A stretch of DNA of 64,000 bases. Source: Rhodothermales bacterium. Its GTDB lineage: Bacteria; Bacteroidota; Rhodothermia; Rhodothermales; JANQRZ01. The notes beneath the pieces are model-generated. The model was given only the letters and a program-made list of their open reading frames with translations, ran no database searches and was not told the DNA's origin. The stretch lies in the NCBI GenBank assembly GCA_028284265.1, contig JANQRZ010000024.1, positions 192,132-256,131 on the forward strand. Direction: 5' to 3'. Made by a program: the position numbers and the translations under genes. Each line of letters starts with the position of its first letter. Position 1 is the stretch's first letter. Positions 26,855 through 36,264 of this stretch are shown here, one piece after another.

Positions 26855-29800
26855 ATGCGACTCTTTGCACGGTACGTCGCCGTTGCTGCTTTCCTCTCTC
26901 TGGTGCTGGCCGGGATGCTGGCGCTGCGAACGTGGCGTGTAGAGCGTGTCGCGGATCGGGAAGACGCCGCGCAGCAAGAGGCCGTGACCTATGCCCTCCG
27001 CGTCATCCAGCAGGAGGTCCGCACGCTTGAGGCCAGTCTGCTTCGCCGCGCCGAGTCGTTGGCTCGTGATCCGGTGGTCGTGCGCGTGTTGCAGATGGAA
27101 GACTGGGACATGGCCAAGCGTATCGCCGTGGAGCGCTTTGCGAGGCTTCGCCTGCCGGAGGGTATGAGTGCGGAGCTGTATACGCCGATGCCTAGCCTCA
27201 TGGCGTGGAACGGGCCGAGCCTCCCACTCGGTGCAGCCACACGGGCCACGCGGTTCTTGGCTGACACGCAGGTTGGCATCGCCAGCGACGGAACAATTCG
27301 GCAGGGACTTGTGCTTTGGCTCCCGATTCGAGCCGAAGACCGGGTGATAGGGGCTGTTCGCCTCACTCAACTCATCAAAGCGCGCGTCCCGATTCGCAAC
27401 CGCTATCTACGCGACTTTGACGTGACCGAGGCGTGGCGGGCGAAGGCTGGTGTACCCTTCGAGGTGCAGATCGGGCCCAGAACTTCGGTTGGTATCCAGA
27501 ACCCACGCAGAGCCATCCGGGGTTTCGATGGGACGGTGCTAGCCTATGCTGACATTCCGGCTCCCTCTCTTGCAGCGTTGCAGAGCGCGATGCGGAGCGA
27601 GATGGGTGATATGATCGCCTTCTGGATGGTCCTGCTCGCGGGATGGGGACTGGCCGGGCTGTGGATGGTTCAGGAGTGGGCGGCCCGGCGCGCTGCACGC
27701 ATGAGGGCGACGCATACCGTACAGGCGTGGTTGCCAAGTGGAGTCTTGATGGTGGCTCTTGGTGTGGCGTGGTGGGGGTACCGCTATCTCCTGCTGGCTC
27801 TCAACGTGCCAGCCCGCTGGCTCGTGGGGCCGGGGCAACAGGTTGGTCGTATGGAGAGTGATGTGGCGTTGTTCGATCCGGCGTACCTAGCCTCCGGCGT
27901 AGGTGGCGGGGTGCTTGGCTCGATAGGAGAACTCGTTGTTACGGTGTTTTTTGCGGCCCTCTTTGGTGTCGCATGGCTGCGTTTCGCGGTGCGCGTGTTG
28001 CACGGTCGGCGGCGTATGGAGCGAGCAGAGGCGGTGTTTCAGCGACCGCGTATCGGGTGGGTCGTAGGGAGTGCCGTGGGGACGGCTGTCGGGTTGGGCA
28101 TCGTGGCTGTGTTTGCGCTCCTTGTTCACCGAGCGGTCCTCGATGCCACCTTGCCGTACTTCGACCGGACGGGACCTTTGCCGCAGGGTCTCATCCTGAT
28201 TGTATTCGGTGCATTGCTGTTGCTAGCCTTTGCCGTGATGACGCTCGTCACCGGAATCGCCGTGTTGGCACGGGCCCGCGGTACGACCCGGCTCCTCGGT
28301 GGGCTGGGCATCGTCGCCCTTGTCCTTGCTGTTGCGTACAGGTGGACAGGAATCGACCAACTGCTTCCGTGGTGGAGTGCAGCGGCGTTCTTCGGTGTGG
28401 CGGCGTTCGGTGCGTGGTGGCTGGAGCGTGGGCCGGACGCATGGGCCGACCCGCTCGCCTTGCGTGGGACGTTCTTTGGTGCCCTCGTGCTGGCAGCACT
28501 CACCTATCCGGTGTTGTACGACGCGGCGCAGGGCAAGCAGGTAGCCCGCATCGAAGACGCTGCACGGGAGTTCGCCGACGGCGAAGACGCGCGGGTCGCC
28601 TTCGCGCTCGAAGGGGTGCTCTTGGACGCTCGGGCGTCCGGCATCGTCCGCGATGCCCTTCTGAACCAAGGACCAGACAGCAACCGCTCTGAGCGGTTTG
28701 ATTCGCTCGCAACAGACCTTGTCACCGGCTCGCTCTTGGCAGCGCTGGCGGATTATACCGTGAGCCTTGCGTTCTTGAACCCCGACGGCGACACGCTGGG
28801 GCGCTACCGGGAGGTGCCGCCAGCTGGCGTGCCCCCCGAGGTGTTTGGGACGGTCGCTAGTGCGCCGGGCGAGGCGCTGTCGTTCCAAACGCTGCGCGGT
28901 CGCTATACGGCGGATACGGCACCGGGCTTCTTGGTCGAGCGCGAGTCGGCGGGCGGGGCGGGGAAGTACCGCTATGCAGGCGTCGGGCCGGTGCGGCGCG
29001 AGCGGGATGGGACTGTGATCGGCTGGGTCGATGCACGGGCCGAGCCAAAGCCTGTGCGCTATGTCTCGGAGACGCCGTTTCCGCGCGTGCTCGTCCCCGC
29101 CGGTCTGGCGGGCATCGTCGAGAGCGAGTTGGCGTTTGCTGAGTTCCGCGATGGAGTCCTCGTCCGCACGCGAGGCGACGACTACGGACGGTTCCGCCTG
29201 CCCCCAACCGTTGATGCCATGCTGCGCGACCAAGGCGACGTGTGGTATGACGAGCAGGTGGGAGGCGAACAGGCCCGCGTCTATTACCGGAAGGAACAGC
29301 CGACGGGGCGGGTGGTCGCCGTGCGCGAGCCGGGCGTGGTGATCTTCGATCATCTCTACTTCTATCTTCGGCTGCTGGTGCCCGCGCTGGTGCTCGCACT
29401 CGGGGTTTTCCTCATTGGCCGCCTCGTCCGGCAGCGCGCGGGCGTGCTCTTGCGTCGAGGCCGACTCCGTGACCGCGTCCTCAATCGGTTCCTCTTCGTT
29501 GGGGTGGCGTCGGTCGCGCTGACAGGGGTGATTGGGCAGGAAGTGGTGGTGACGCAAAACCGACAGGCCGTCGAGGAGCGTCTCAAGCGGCGGTTGGCGC
29601 GTGTGGAGGATGCACTCTATGCGGAGGCCAGTGGCGGAGCCGGAGAGAGTGTGCCGCTCTACCGACTGATCGACCGGGCGCGCCCGGATGTCGTCGGCCC
29701 TCGGCTGGGCCTCGACGTGAACCTCTACCGAGGAGCCGATCTCGTAGCGAGCAGCCGCAGCCAACTCGTCCGGCAGCAACTCATCGACCGTCGGCTGCCC

Positions 29801-30940
29801 ATCGGAGTCTATGAGGCGTTGTACATCGAAGGAGAACGCTATGCCTTTGCCGAGGAGCACATCGGCACGTTCTCCTACACGACGGGCTACGAAGCCTTGC
29901 CCGATTCGGCGGGGCACCCCGGTGCCGTGATCGCGGTCCCGACGCTTCCCGAGCAGATTGCGATTGAGGCGGATCAGGCGCGGATGGTGGCCTACCTCTT
30001 CGGCGTGCTGCTACTGCTGCTCGTCGGCATCTTCTTCATCACGACGCTGCTGGCGAACGATCTGACGCGACCGTTCCGTCGGTTGCGGGCGGGATTGCTG
30101 GCAGTCGGCGCAGGCGAAGGCGGCGAGCCGATCCCCGTCGAGACGCAGGACGAGGTCGGCGAGGTGATCGAGACCTTCAACGCGATGCAGTATCAGTTGG
30201 AGGAGAGCCGCAGGAAGCTGGCGCAGCAGGAGCGCGAGTTGGCGTGGCGCGAGATGGCGCGGCAGGTCGCCCACGAGATCAAGAACCCGCTCACCCCGAT
30301 GAAGCTGTCGGTGCAGCACCTCCGCCGCGCCCACCGTGACCAACCGCCATCCGGCGAGGCGGAGACCGACGGGCGTTTCGGTTCGCTCCTCGACCGTATT
30401 ACCGGCACGCTGATCGAACAGATCGACGCGCTCACGCGGATCGCCAACGAGTTCTCCTCTTTCGCCCGCCTCCCTGAGCGCTACCTCGAACGGCTTGACT
30501 TGGGCGAGGTCATCCGCGAGGCCGCAGCCCTCCTCGACGAAGAGGCGCACGCCGAGATCATCCTCGCACTGGGCGGATCACCGCTTCCCGTGATGGCCGA
30601 CCGGGAAGAACTGCGCCGGGTCTACATCAACCTGCTCAAGAATGCACTCCAAGCCATGCCCGAGAATGAGCGTGGGACCATCACGGTTCGCACCGAGCGG
30701 CAAACCGAGGACGGCGCGGTGTGGGCGTGGAGTGCCGTCCGCGACACGGGCACTGGCATCCCCGAAGAGGCCCGCGAAAAAGTCTTCCAGCCCAATTTCT
30801 CGACGAAGACGAGCGGCATGGGGCTAGGTCTCGCGATCACCAAAAAGGCCATCGAAGACGTGCAGGGCGAGATCAGCTTCGAGACGGAGTTAGGCACGGG
30901 AACAACGTTTGTCGTCCGGCTGCCGCTAGCCGACGGATAG
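26855..30940 (+). CDS. Large multi-pass sensor histidine kinase (HAMP-HisKA-HATPase, NtrY-like output)
   Basis: H-box VAHEIKNPLTPM, N-box NLLKNALQAM, G-boxes RDTGTGIP and GMGLGLAI. The N-terminal region of about 1000 aa has many hydrophobic segments. Start preferred at MRLFARYV (26855). Confidence 0.85.
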   Translation: MRLFARYVAVAAFLSLVLAGMLALRTWRVERVADREDAAQQEAVTYALRVIQQEVRTLEASLLRRAESLARDPVVVRVLQMEDWDMAKRIAVERFARLRLPEGMSAELYTPMPSLMAWNGPSLPLGAATRATRFLADTQVGIASDGTIRQGLVLWLPIRAEDRVIGAVRLTQLIKARVPIRNRYLRDFDVTEAWRAKAGVPFEVQIGPRTSVGIQNPRRAIRGFDGTVLAYADIPAPSLAALQSAMRSEMGDMIAFWMVLLAGWGLAGLWMVQEWAARRAARMRATHTVQAWLPSGVLMVALGVAWWGYRYLLLALNVPARWLVGPGQQVGRMESDVALFDPAYLASGVGGGVLGSIGELVVTVFFAALFGVAWLRFAVRVLHGRRRMERAEAVFQRPRIGWVVGSAVGTAVGLGIVAVFALLVHRAVLDATLPYFDRTGPLPQGLILIVFGALLLLAFAVMTLVTGIAVLARARGTTRLLGGLGIVALVLAVAYRWTGIDQLLPWWSAAAFFGVAAFGAWWLERGPDAWADPLALRGTFFGALVLAALTYPVLYDAAQGKQVARIEDAAREFADGEDARVAFALEGVLLDARASGIVRDALLNQGPDSNRSERFDSLATDLVTGSLLAALADYTVSLAFLNPDGDTLGRYREVPPAGVPPEVFGTVASAPGEALSFQTLRGRYTADTAPGFLVERESAGGAGKYRYAGVGPVRRERDGTVIGWVDARAEPKPVRYVSETPFPRVLVPAGLAGIVESELAFAEFRDGVLVRTRGDDYGRFRLPPTVDAMLRDQGDVWYDEQVGGEQARVYYRKEQPTGRVVAVREPGVVIFDHLYFYLRLLVPALVLALGVFLIGRLVRQRAGVLLRRGRLRDRVLNRFLFVGVASVALTGVIGQEVVVTQNRQAVEERLKRRLARVEDALYAEASGGAGESVPLYRLIDRARPDVVGPRLGLDVNLYRGADLVASSRSQLVRQQLIDRRLPIGVYEALYIEGERYAFAEEHIGTFSYTTGYEALPDSAGHPGAVIAVPTLPEQIAIEADQARMVAYLFGVLLLLLVGIFFITTLLANDLTRPFRRLRAGLLAVGAGEGGEPIPVETQDEVGEVIETFNAMQYQLEESRRKLAQQERELAWREMARQVAHEIKNPLTPMKLSVQHLRRAHRDQPPSGEAETDGRFGSLLDRITGTLIEQIDALTRIANEFSSFARLPERYLERLDLGEVIREAAALLDEEAHAEIILALGGSPLPVMADREELRRVYINLLKNALQAMPENERGTITVRTERQTEDGAVWAWSAVRDTGTGIPEEAREKVFQPNFSTKTSGMGLGLAITKKAIEDVQGEISFETELGTGTTFVVRLPLADG

Positions 30941-31040
30941 GGAAGGCGGCGTTTCTTTCCTCCGCCACGCCGTCGTCTGCCCATTCGCCCGTCCGTACTT
31001 TCCGTCCGCTTGCTCTTACCCCTTCCTTATTCCCGCCGCT

Positions 31041-32429
31041 ATGCGCGTCATCATTGTTGGAGCCGGAGATGTGGGCTACGACGTGGCCCGGATGCTGTCG
31101 CTCCAGCACCACGATGTCACGGTCATCGACACGGACCTTGAGCGGGTGAATCACATCCGCGACTCGCTCGACGTGCTGGCGATTCGGGGGAGCGGCACGT
31201 CCACCCGCGTGCTTAACGAGGCCCACGTCCGAGACGCCGACCTGCTCGTGGCCGTGACCGATGTGGACGAGGTCAACCTGATCGCCTCGATGTTGGCGGA
31301 GCGGGTCGGCGATGATCCCGTGACGATTGCTCGCGTTCGCAGCGACGGGTTCTCCGGGGGCGATGCTGTGCTGAAGATGGAAGATTTTGGCCTCGATCTC
31401 ATCATCCATCCCGAGGAGAGCACGGCGGCGGAGGCGGTGGCACTGCTGCGACGTTCGGCGGCGACGGACATCGTCGAGTTTGCCGGGGGACGGCTGCAAC
31501 TCGTCGGGGTTCGGATGGACAAGGAGGCTCCGGTCATCGGACAGTCGCTCGAAGAGATCGCGCGGGCGAACGACCACCTCACGTTTCGGATCGCGGGCAT
31601 TGTGCGGGGATCGCGCACGCTGATCCCCGGCGGGCGTGAGCGGATCCAGAAGAACGACCAAGTGTTCGTGCTCGTCGAGGCAGGGCAGGTCCCACAGGTG
31701 GTGCATATCCTCGGCAAGAGTGGGGCGCGGCTAGAGCACATCATGATCCTCGGCGGCAGCAACGTGGCGGCCCGGATCGCGGCGCAGCTATCGGAGGCCG
31801 GCGGACGGCGCGACCGTCTCCGCGTGAAGCTCGTCGAGCCGGACCGCGAGACGGCCGAACGGCTCGCCGAAGCGCTCGAAGGCACGCTCATCATCCACGG
31901 CGACCCGTCCGACATGGACCTACTCGCTATCGAAGGCATCGGCGAGATGGACGCCTTCGTGGCGGTCACCGAGGACGAGGAGTCAAACCTAGTGAGCTGT
32001 CTCATGGCGAAGCACCTCGGCGTCCGCAAGACCGTTGCGATGCTCTCAAAGAGTGCCTACATCCCGATTTCGCAGTCGATTGGCCTCGACGCGGCGGTGA
32101 GCCAGAAGCTCGCGATTAGCCGCGAGGTGCTGCGTTTCCTGCGCGGCAAGCACGTCACGAGTGTCGCCACCGTCCTCGGCCTCGACGCCGAGATCATCGA
32201 ACTGGAGGCGCTGCCGGAATCCCCGATCACGAGAGCGTTGCTGATGAAGCAGAAGCTGCCGAAAGGTATGCTCGTCGCCGTCGTCATTGGAGCCGACGAG
32301 CAGCGCATCGAGATCGCCACGGGCACGACGCGCATCAATCCCGGCGATCGCGTGGTGGTCTTCGTGCTCTCGGACCGCGTGGAGGAAGTCGAGGCGATCT
32401 TCGGGCGAAAAGAGACGGTCGCGAGATGA
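31041..32429 (+). CDS. trkA: Trk potassium uptake protein TrkA (tandem RCK)
   Basis: MRVIIVGAGDVGYDVARML, and a second NAD-binding repeat at IMILGGSNVAARIA. Confidence 0.92.
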   Translation: MRVIIVGAGDVGYDVARMLSLQHHDVTVIDTDLERVNHIRDSLDVLAIRGSGTSTRVLNEAHVRDADLLVAVTDVDEVNLIASMLAERVGDDPVTIARVRSDGFSGGDAVLKMEDFGLDLIIHPEESTAAEAVALLRRSAATDIVEFAGGRLQLVGVRMDKEAPVIGQSLEEIARANDHLTFRIAGIVRGSRTLIPGGRERIQKNDQVFVLVEAGQVPQVVHILGKSGARLEHIMILGGSNVAARIAAQLSEAGGRRDRLRVKLVEPDRETAERLAEALEGTLIIHGDPSDMDLLAIEGIGEMDAFVAVTEDEESNLVSCLMAKHLGVRKTVAMLSKSAYIPISQSIGLDAAVSQKLAISREVLRFLRGKHVTSVATVLGLDAEIIELEALPESPITRALLMKQKLPKGMLVAVVIGADEQRIEIATGTTRINPGDRVVVFVLSDRVEEVEAIFGRKETVAR

Positions 32430-33976
32430 TCGTTCACCTACGCCCGGTGTTAGGGACGCTCGGCGCGCTGCTCGTTGCGCTCGCGGTGGCCCTCATTTTT
32501 CCGATGGGTGTCGGGTTGCTATACGGCGAGGCGTCGTGGTGGAGTTTTGGCGTGACGGCGCTGCTCGCGGGTGGTCTCGGCGGCTGGGCGTGGTTCGCCT
32601 TCCGGCCCCGCGACGAGGACGATCTCCGCATCCGCGAGGGGTTCGCCATCGTCGCGCTCGCGTGGCTCTTGCTCTCGCTGGTCGGTGCGCTTCCCTTCGT
32701 GCTCGGCGGCGTGCTGGACTCCTACACCGATGCCGTCTTCGAGACGATGAGTGGTTTCTCCACGACGGGCGCGACGATCCTCGGCGGAGCCGACACGCCC
32801 GCCATTGAGGCGATCCCGAACGCCTTCTTGTTTTGGCGCAGCCTCACGCACTGGCTCGGCGGGATGGGTGTCGTCGTTCTCACCCTCGCCATCCTCCCGA
32901 TCCTCGGCATCGGCGGGATGCAGCTCTTTAAGGCCGAGGTGCCGGGGCCGAGTGCCGACAAGCTCACGCCGCGCGTCCGTGAGACCGCCAAGCGGCTGTG
33001 GGCGATCTACGTCGGCATCACCGCTGTTCAGGTGCTGATGTTGCTGCCAGCGATGGACCTCTTCGACTCGGTCAACCATGCCTTCGCCACGATGGCGACG
33101 GGTGGATTCTCGACCGAGAATGGATCGGTCGGGCAGTACGACTCGGCGTACATCGATTGGGTTATTACGGCGTTCATGTTCTTGGCGGGGATGAACTTCG
33201 CGCTGCACTATGCGGTCCTCCACGGCAACTTTAAGGCACCGTGGGAGAGTCAAGAGTTCCGCGTCTACGCCGCGCTGATTCTGGGCGCGACGGTGCTGAT
33301 GACCCTCGTGTTGTGGCAACCCGCGCAACTCATCGTGCCGGACCCGGTGACACTGAATGGAGAGGTGGTGACGCCAGAGGCTGGAGGGGGGGGGCGGGTC
33401 GTGCTGCACTACGAGAGCGCGTGGGACGCGCTTCGCTACGCGGCTTTCCAAGCGGTCGCCATCATCACGACTACAGGCTTCGGCACGGCGGATTACGAAC
33501 TGTGGCCGCCGCTCGCGGTCGGGGTCATCTTCTCCCTCTTCTTCGTCGGCGGCATGGCGGGGTCCACGGGCGGCGGGGTGAAGGTGGTGCGCGTGCTGCT
33601 CATCCTGAAGAACTCCTTCCGCGAGGTGCAGCAGCTCCTCCACCCGAACGCCGTGCTCCCGATCCGACTCGACCACCGCGTCGTGCCCGAGGGCATCATG
33701 CGGAACGTGCTCTCCTTCATCGTGCTCTACATCGGCCTCATCGGTGTGGGCACGCTTGTGATGGGGCTGCTTGGCCTCGACCTGTTGAGCGCGTTCAGCG
33801 CCACGTTCTCGTGCGTCGGGAACGTCGGCCCGGCGTTCGGTACGTTCGGCCCGACAGAGAACTACACGCATGTTCCGGTGGTGGGGAAGTGGGTGCTGGT
33901 GCTCCTAATGATGGCGGGGCGGCTGGAGATTTACACCGTCCTCGTCCTTTTCGCCCCCGGCTTCTGGCGCAGATAA
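32426..33976 (+). CDS. trkH: Trk potassium transporter membrane subunit TrkH
   Basis: 516 aa multi-pass protein with repeated selectivity-filter-like motifs (SGFSTTG, TGGFST, TTTGFGT, GSTGGG). ATGA overlap with trkA. Confidence 0.9.
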   Translation: MIVHLRPVLGTLGALLVALAVALIFPMGVGLLYGEASWWSFGVTALLAGGLGGWAWFAFRPRDEDDLRIREGFAIVALAWLLLSLVGALPFVLGGVLDSYTDAVFETMSGFSTTGATILGGADTPAIEAIPNAFLFWRSLTHWLGGMGVVVLTLAILPILGIGGMQLFKAEVPGPSADKLTPRVRETAKRLWAIYVGITAVQVLMLLPAMDLFDSVNHAFATMATGGFSTENGSVGQYDSAYIDWVITAFMFLAGMNFALHYAVLHGNFKAPWESQEFRVYAALILGATVLMTLVLWQPAQLIVPDPVTLNGEVVTPEAGGGGRVVLHYESAWDALRYAAFQAVAIITTTGFGTADYELWPPLAVGVIFSLFFVGGMAGSTGGGVKVVRVLLILKNSFREVQQLLHPNAVLPIRLDHRVVPEGIMRNVLSFIVLYIGLIGVGTLVMGLLGLDLLSAFSATFSCVGNVGPAFGTFGPTENYTHVPVVGKWVLVLLMMAGRLEIYTVLVLFAPGFWRR

Positions 33977-33990
33977 GTCTCTGGTTCATG

Positions 33991-34033
33991 GTTTCTCGTT
34001 GGCACGCTCGGTCGTGGTAGACCAACGAGAAAC
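33991..34033. repeat. Family-C palindrome, copy C1 (possible bidirectional terminator)
   Basis: gtttctcgttgg (33991-34002) pairs perfectly with ccaacgagaaac (34022-34033), leaving a 19-nt loop. It lies between the convergent stops of trkH and 34051..34593. Confidence 0.8.
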
Positions 34034-34050
34034 GTCAAACGAGGAACGCG

Positions 34051-34593
34051 CTATGTCTCATCGCCCAGCCGGACGTGCTCAATGTCCGCAAGCGATACGT
34101 TCACGCTGCCATCGTCGGTAACGAACCGTTCTGCACTGTCGGGCGGGAAACAGAGAAGATCGAACGGGGCACCGCGAGGCCGACTGCCGAGAGCGTTCTC
34201 AACGATCTCGACGAACGGGTCGAGCGGAATGGCCCACTTCGCCATTGCGAAGTGCGTGTCCGGGTACCGCCGGACGAGTGAGGCGATCTTGCTCGCCCCA
34301 ACCTTGCCCGACTCGCCCCAGAACACGGGTTCACCGAGCGGATCGAGTTGGACGAGGTCCGGCTTGTAGCGGTCGCCGATGCCGACCTCAACGCTCATCG
34401 CCGGGTAGGCCGGGAGGTAGAGCGCCCAGAGGAAGGCTTTCATCAGAACGTGCTCGATGCCTTCCTGCCGCTTCTTGACGAAGACGACCTTCTGCGGACC
34501 GTCGGGACCGGCAGCGCGGAGGGTGAGCTTGCGGCGGAGGAGCAGGTCGGAGCGCACGAGGTCGTTTCTCGTTTTCTGTTTCTCGTTGCGCAC
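34051..34593 (-). CDS. Hypothetical protein, possibly YaeQ-like / PD-(D/E)XK fold
   Basis: EHVLMKAFLWALYL...DRYKPDLVQLDPLGEPVFWGESGKVGASKIASL resembles the YaeQ layout (helix, then D...E.G...K). The first 12 codons (MRNEKQKTRNDL) are encoded by repeat C2, so a GTG at 34557 is an alternative start. Confidence 0.45.
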   Translation of the reverse strand: MRNEKQKTRNDLVRSDLLLRRKLTLRAAGPDGPQKVVFVKKRQEGIEHVLMKAFLWALYLPAYPAMSVEVGIGDRYKPDLVQLDPLGEPVFWGESGKVGASKIASLVRRYPDTHFAMAKWAIPLDPFVEIVENALGSRPRGAPFDLLCFPPDSAERFVTDDGSVNVSLADIEHVRLGDET

Positions 34594-34640
34594 CCGTTAC
34601 GCGTGCCTTAACGAGAAACAAGGAACGTGAAACGAGAAAC
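34564..34640. repeat. Family-C nested palindrome, copy C2
   Basis: GTTTCTCGTT at 34564-34573 and 34578-34587. Its complement AACGAGAAAC is at 34610-34619 and 34631-34640, so there is an inner and an outer 10-bp stem. Confidence 0.8.
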
Positions 34641-35206
34641 TACAACTCGCGCACGACGCGGCAGGGGTTGCCCGAGGCGAAGACGCCCGCCGGGATGTCT
34701 TCGAGCACGACGCTGCCCGATCCAATCGTCGTTCCCGCGCCGATGGTGACGCCGGGGTTGAGGATACTGCCACCGCCGATCCACACATCGTCGCCGATGG
34801 TGATGGGCGCTGCTTGCTCCAGGCCTTCGGCGCGCTGCGTCGGGTCGAGCGGGCGAGCAACGGCGTAGACATGAACGCCCGGCCCGAACCGCACCCGGTT
34901 GCCGATGGTGACCTTACCCACGTCCACGAGCACACAGTTCGGCCCCGACACGAAGTGATCGCCGACATAGACGTGCTGCCCGTACTCGCAGTAGAGCGGG
35001 GCGTCGATCTCCGTCCGCTCGCCGAGGCTACCGAAGAGGCTAGCGAGCGTCCGCGTCCGGGCGGTGCGCTGGTCCTCCGGGAGATCGTTGAACTCGCGGA
35101 CGAGCTTGCGGGCTTTCTGGCGAAGCATGATCAGACTAGGGTCCGTGCTGTGGTGAGCCAGTCCAGCACGCAGGCGGTCGATAGCCGAGGGGGCCGTGGT
35201 CTGCAT
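34640..35206 (-). CDS. Maltose/galactoside O-acetyltransferase family (Maa/LacA-like)
   Basis: Internal Met MQTTAPSAIDRL.... N-terminal Mac-like helix and hexapeptide repeats (IGNRVRFGPGVHV, IGDDVWIGGGSILNPGVTIGAGTTIGSGSVV). Confidence 0.85.
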   Translation of the reverse strand: MQTTAPSAIDRLRAGLAHHSTDPSLIMLRQKARKLVREFNDLPEDQRTARTRTLASLFGSLGERTEIDAPLYCEYGQHVYVGDHFVSGPNCVLVDVGKVTIGNRVRFGPGVHVYAVARPLDPTQRAEGLEQAAPITIGDDVWIGGGSILNPGVTIGAGTTIGSGSVVLEDIPAGVFASGNPCRVVREL

Positions 35207-35269
35207 AACGGGGGGCGATTTGGTTTTAGAGGTCGCCGTGGTTTTATTGGGGGCAGTATCGGTCACCGG

Positions 35270-36211
35270 ATGGCGAATATGAAGCAGACTACGATTTGTA
35301 CCCTTTTGTTTGCATTCGTCGGCGTGGGGGCGGCCTTCGCCCAAACGCCCGACACCACCAGCGCCGAGCGCTACCTCTCGCTGGAGGTCGGCAACGTGTG
35401 GGAATATGAGTCGTGGATCGAAGAATGCTTGGACATCGAATTCTGCTATACGGAATTGGTAGGGTACCAGCGGTGGACGGTGGAGCAAGATTCGGTCGTT
35501 GAAGCGCAGGCATATAAAGTGCTGGCGCAACAGGGATTCAATCTGGAGGGCGAAGGCGGCCTTGTCAGACGTATCCTCGTCCGCTTCGATGAAGCACAGG
35601 CACGAGGATTCCGTCTATATGGCGGCGTTGAGGAGCCTTGGCCTGGAGATATCCCTTGCCCGCTTGATGCACCCACGGGTGGTCCACCCATAGAGTGCGG
35701 CGAGTACGAAGATCTGTTCTTTGCTGATGCTGGAGAGGTCGGAGTAGACAGTCTAGGCAGCCAAGTGCAGCGTTCGGCAAAGCTGTTTACGGGGCTAATC
35801 ACATGGTCAGAATACGCCGCTGACATCGGGTTGCTCACTACAGGAGCCGCTGAGTTCGGTGGATCATGGATCACGTTGGCCTACGCTCGCGTCGGCGACC
35901 TTGAATACGGCACCCGCGTGCCTGTCTCAGTCGAAGGACCACCTGCCGAATCAACTCTCACTCTATCGGTCTACCCCAACCCTTCGTCTGGCGCTGCCAC
36001 CGTACAACTCAGCCTCGATGCGCCGCAGCGGGTGAGGCTCTCGGTCTACGATGTGCTCGGTCGGCGCGTGTTCTCCGATGACCTCGGCGCACGCACGGCA
36101 GGGGCGATGCAGCACCGGCTCGATACGGCGCGGCTTCCGGCAGGTGTCTACCTCGTCCGCCTCACGGGTGATGCCGGGATGGTGGCGACGACTCGGTTCG
36201 TTCGGCAATAA
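35270..36211 (+). CDS. Secreted protein with a T9SS C-terminal sorting domain
   Basis: MANMKQTTICTLLFAFVGVGAAFAQ signal peptide. C-terminal LSVYPNPSSGAATVQL...GVYLVRLTGDAG...RFVRQ. Confidence 0.75.
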   Translation: MANMKQTTICTLLFAFVGVGAAFAQTPDTTSAERYLSLEVGNVWEYESWIEECLDIEFCYTELVGYQRWTVEQDSVVEAQAYKVLAQQGFNLEGEGGLVRRILVRFDEAQARGFRLYGGVEEPWPGDIPCPLDAPTGGPPIECGEYEDLFFADAGEVGVDSLGSQVQRSAKLFTGLITWSEYAADIGLLTTGAAEFGGSWITLAYARVGDLEYGTRVPVSVEGPPAESTLTLSVYPNPSSGAATVQLSLDAPQRVRLSVYDVLGRRVFSDDLGARTAGAMQHRLDTARLPAGVYLVRLTGDAGMVATTRFVRQ

Positions 36212-36215
36212 AAAA

Positions 36216-36241
36216 CCGAGGCCGCCGTGTGGCAGCCCCGG
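36216..36241. terminator. Bidirectional terminator-like hairpin
   Basis: ccgaggccgcc-gtgt-ggcagccccgg pairs at 9 of 11 positions. It is preceded by AAAAAA and lies between the convergent stops at 36211 and 36265. Confidence 0.45.
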
Positions 36242-36264
36242 TCGAAAAGCAAGAGGTGATCGGG

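Noticed and set aside
28223-29917. 564-aa ORF on the minus strand, and other ORFs overlapping 26414..30550
   Set aside because: They are antisense to the sensor kinase. They are Arg/Pro-rich with no domain signatures.
30941-31040. Riboswitch (for example c-di-AMP class) upstream of trkA
   Set aside because: The spacer is only 100 nt and pyrimidine-rich, with one weak 5-bp hairpin. Nothing resembles the large pseudo-symmetric ydaO fold.
34564-34640. Possible CRISPR-like or tandem array, because of the recurring GTTTCTCGTT units
   Set aside because: The units are inverted rather than direct, there are only three per strand, the spacing is irregular, and there are no unique spacers of uniform length or cas genes. 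It is better explained as nested hairpins.
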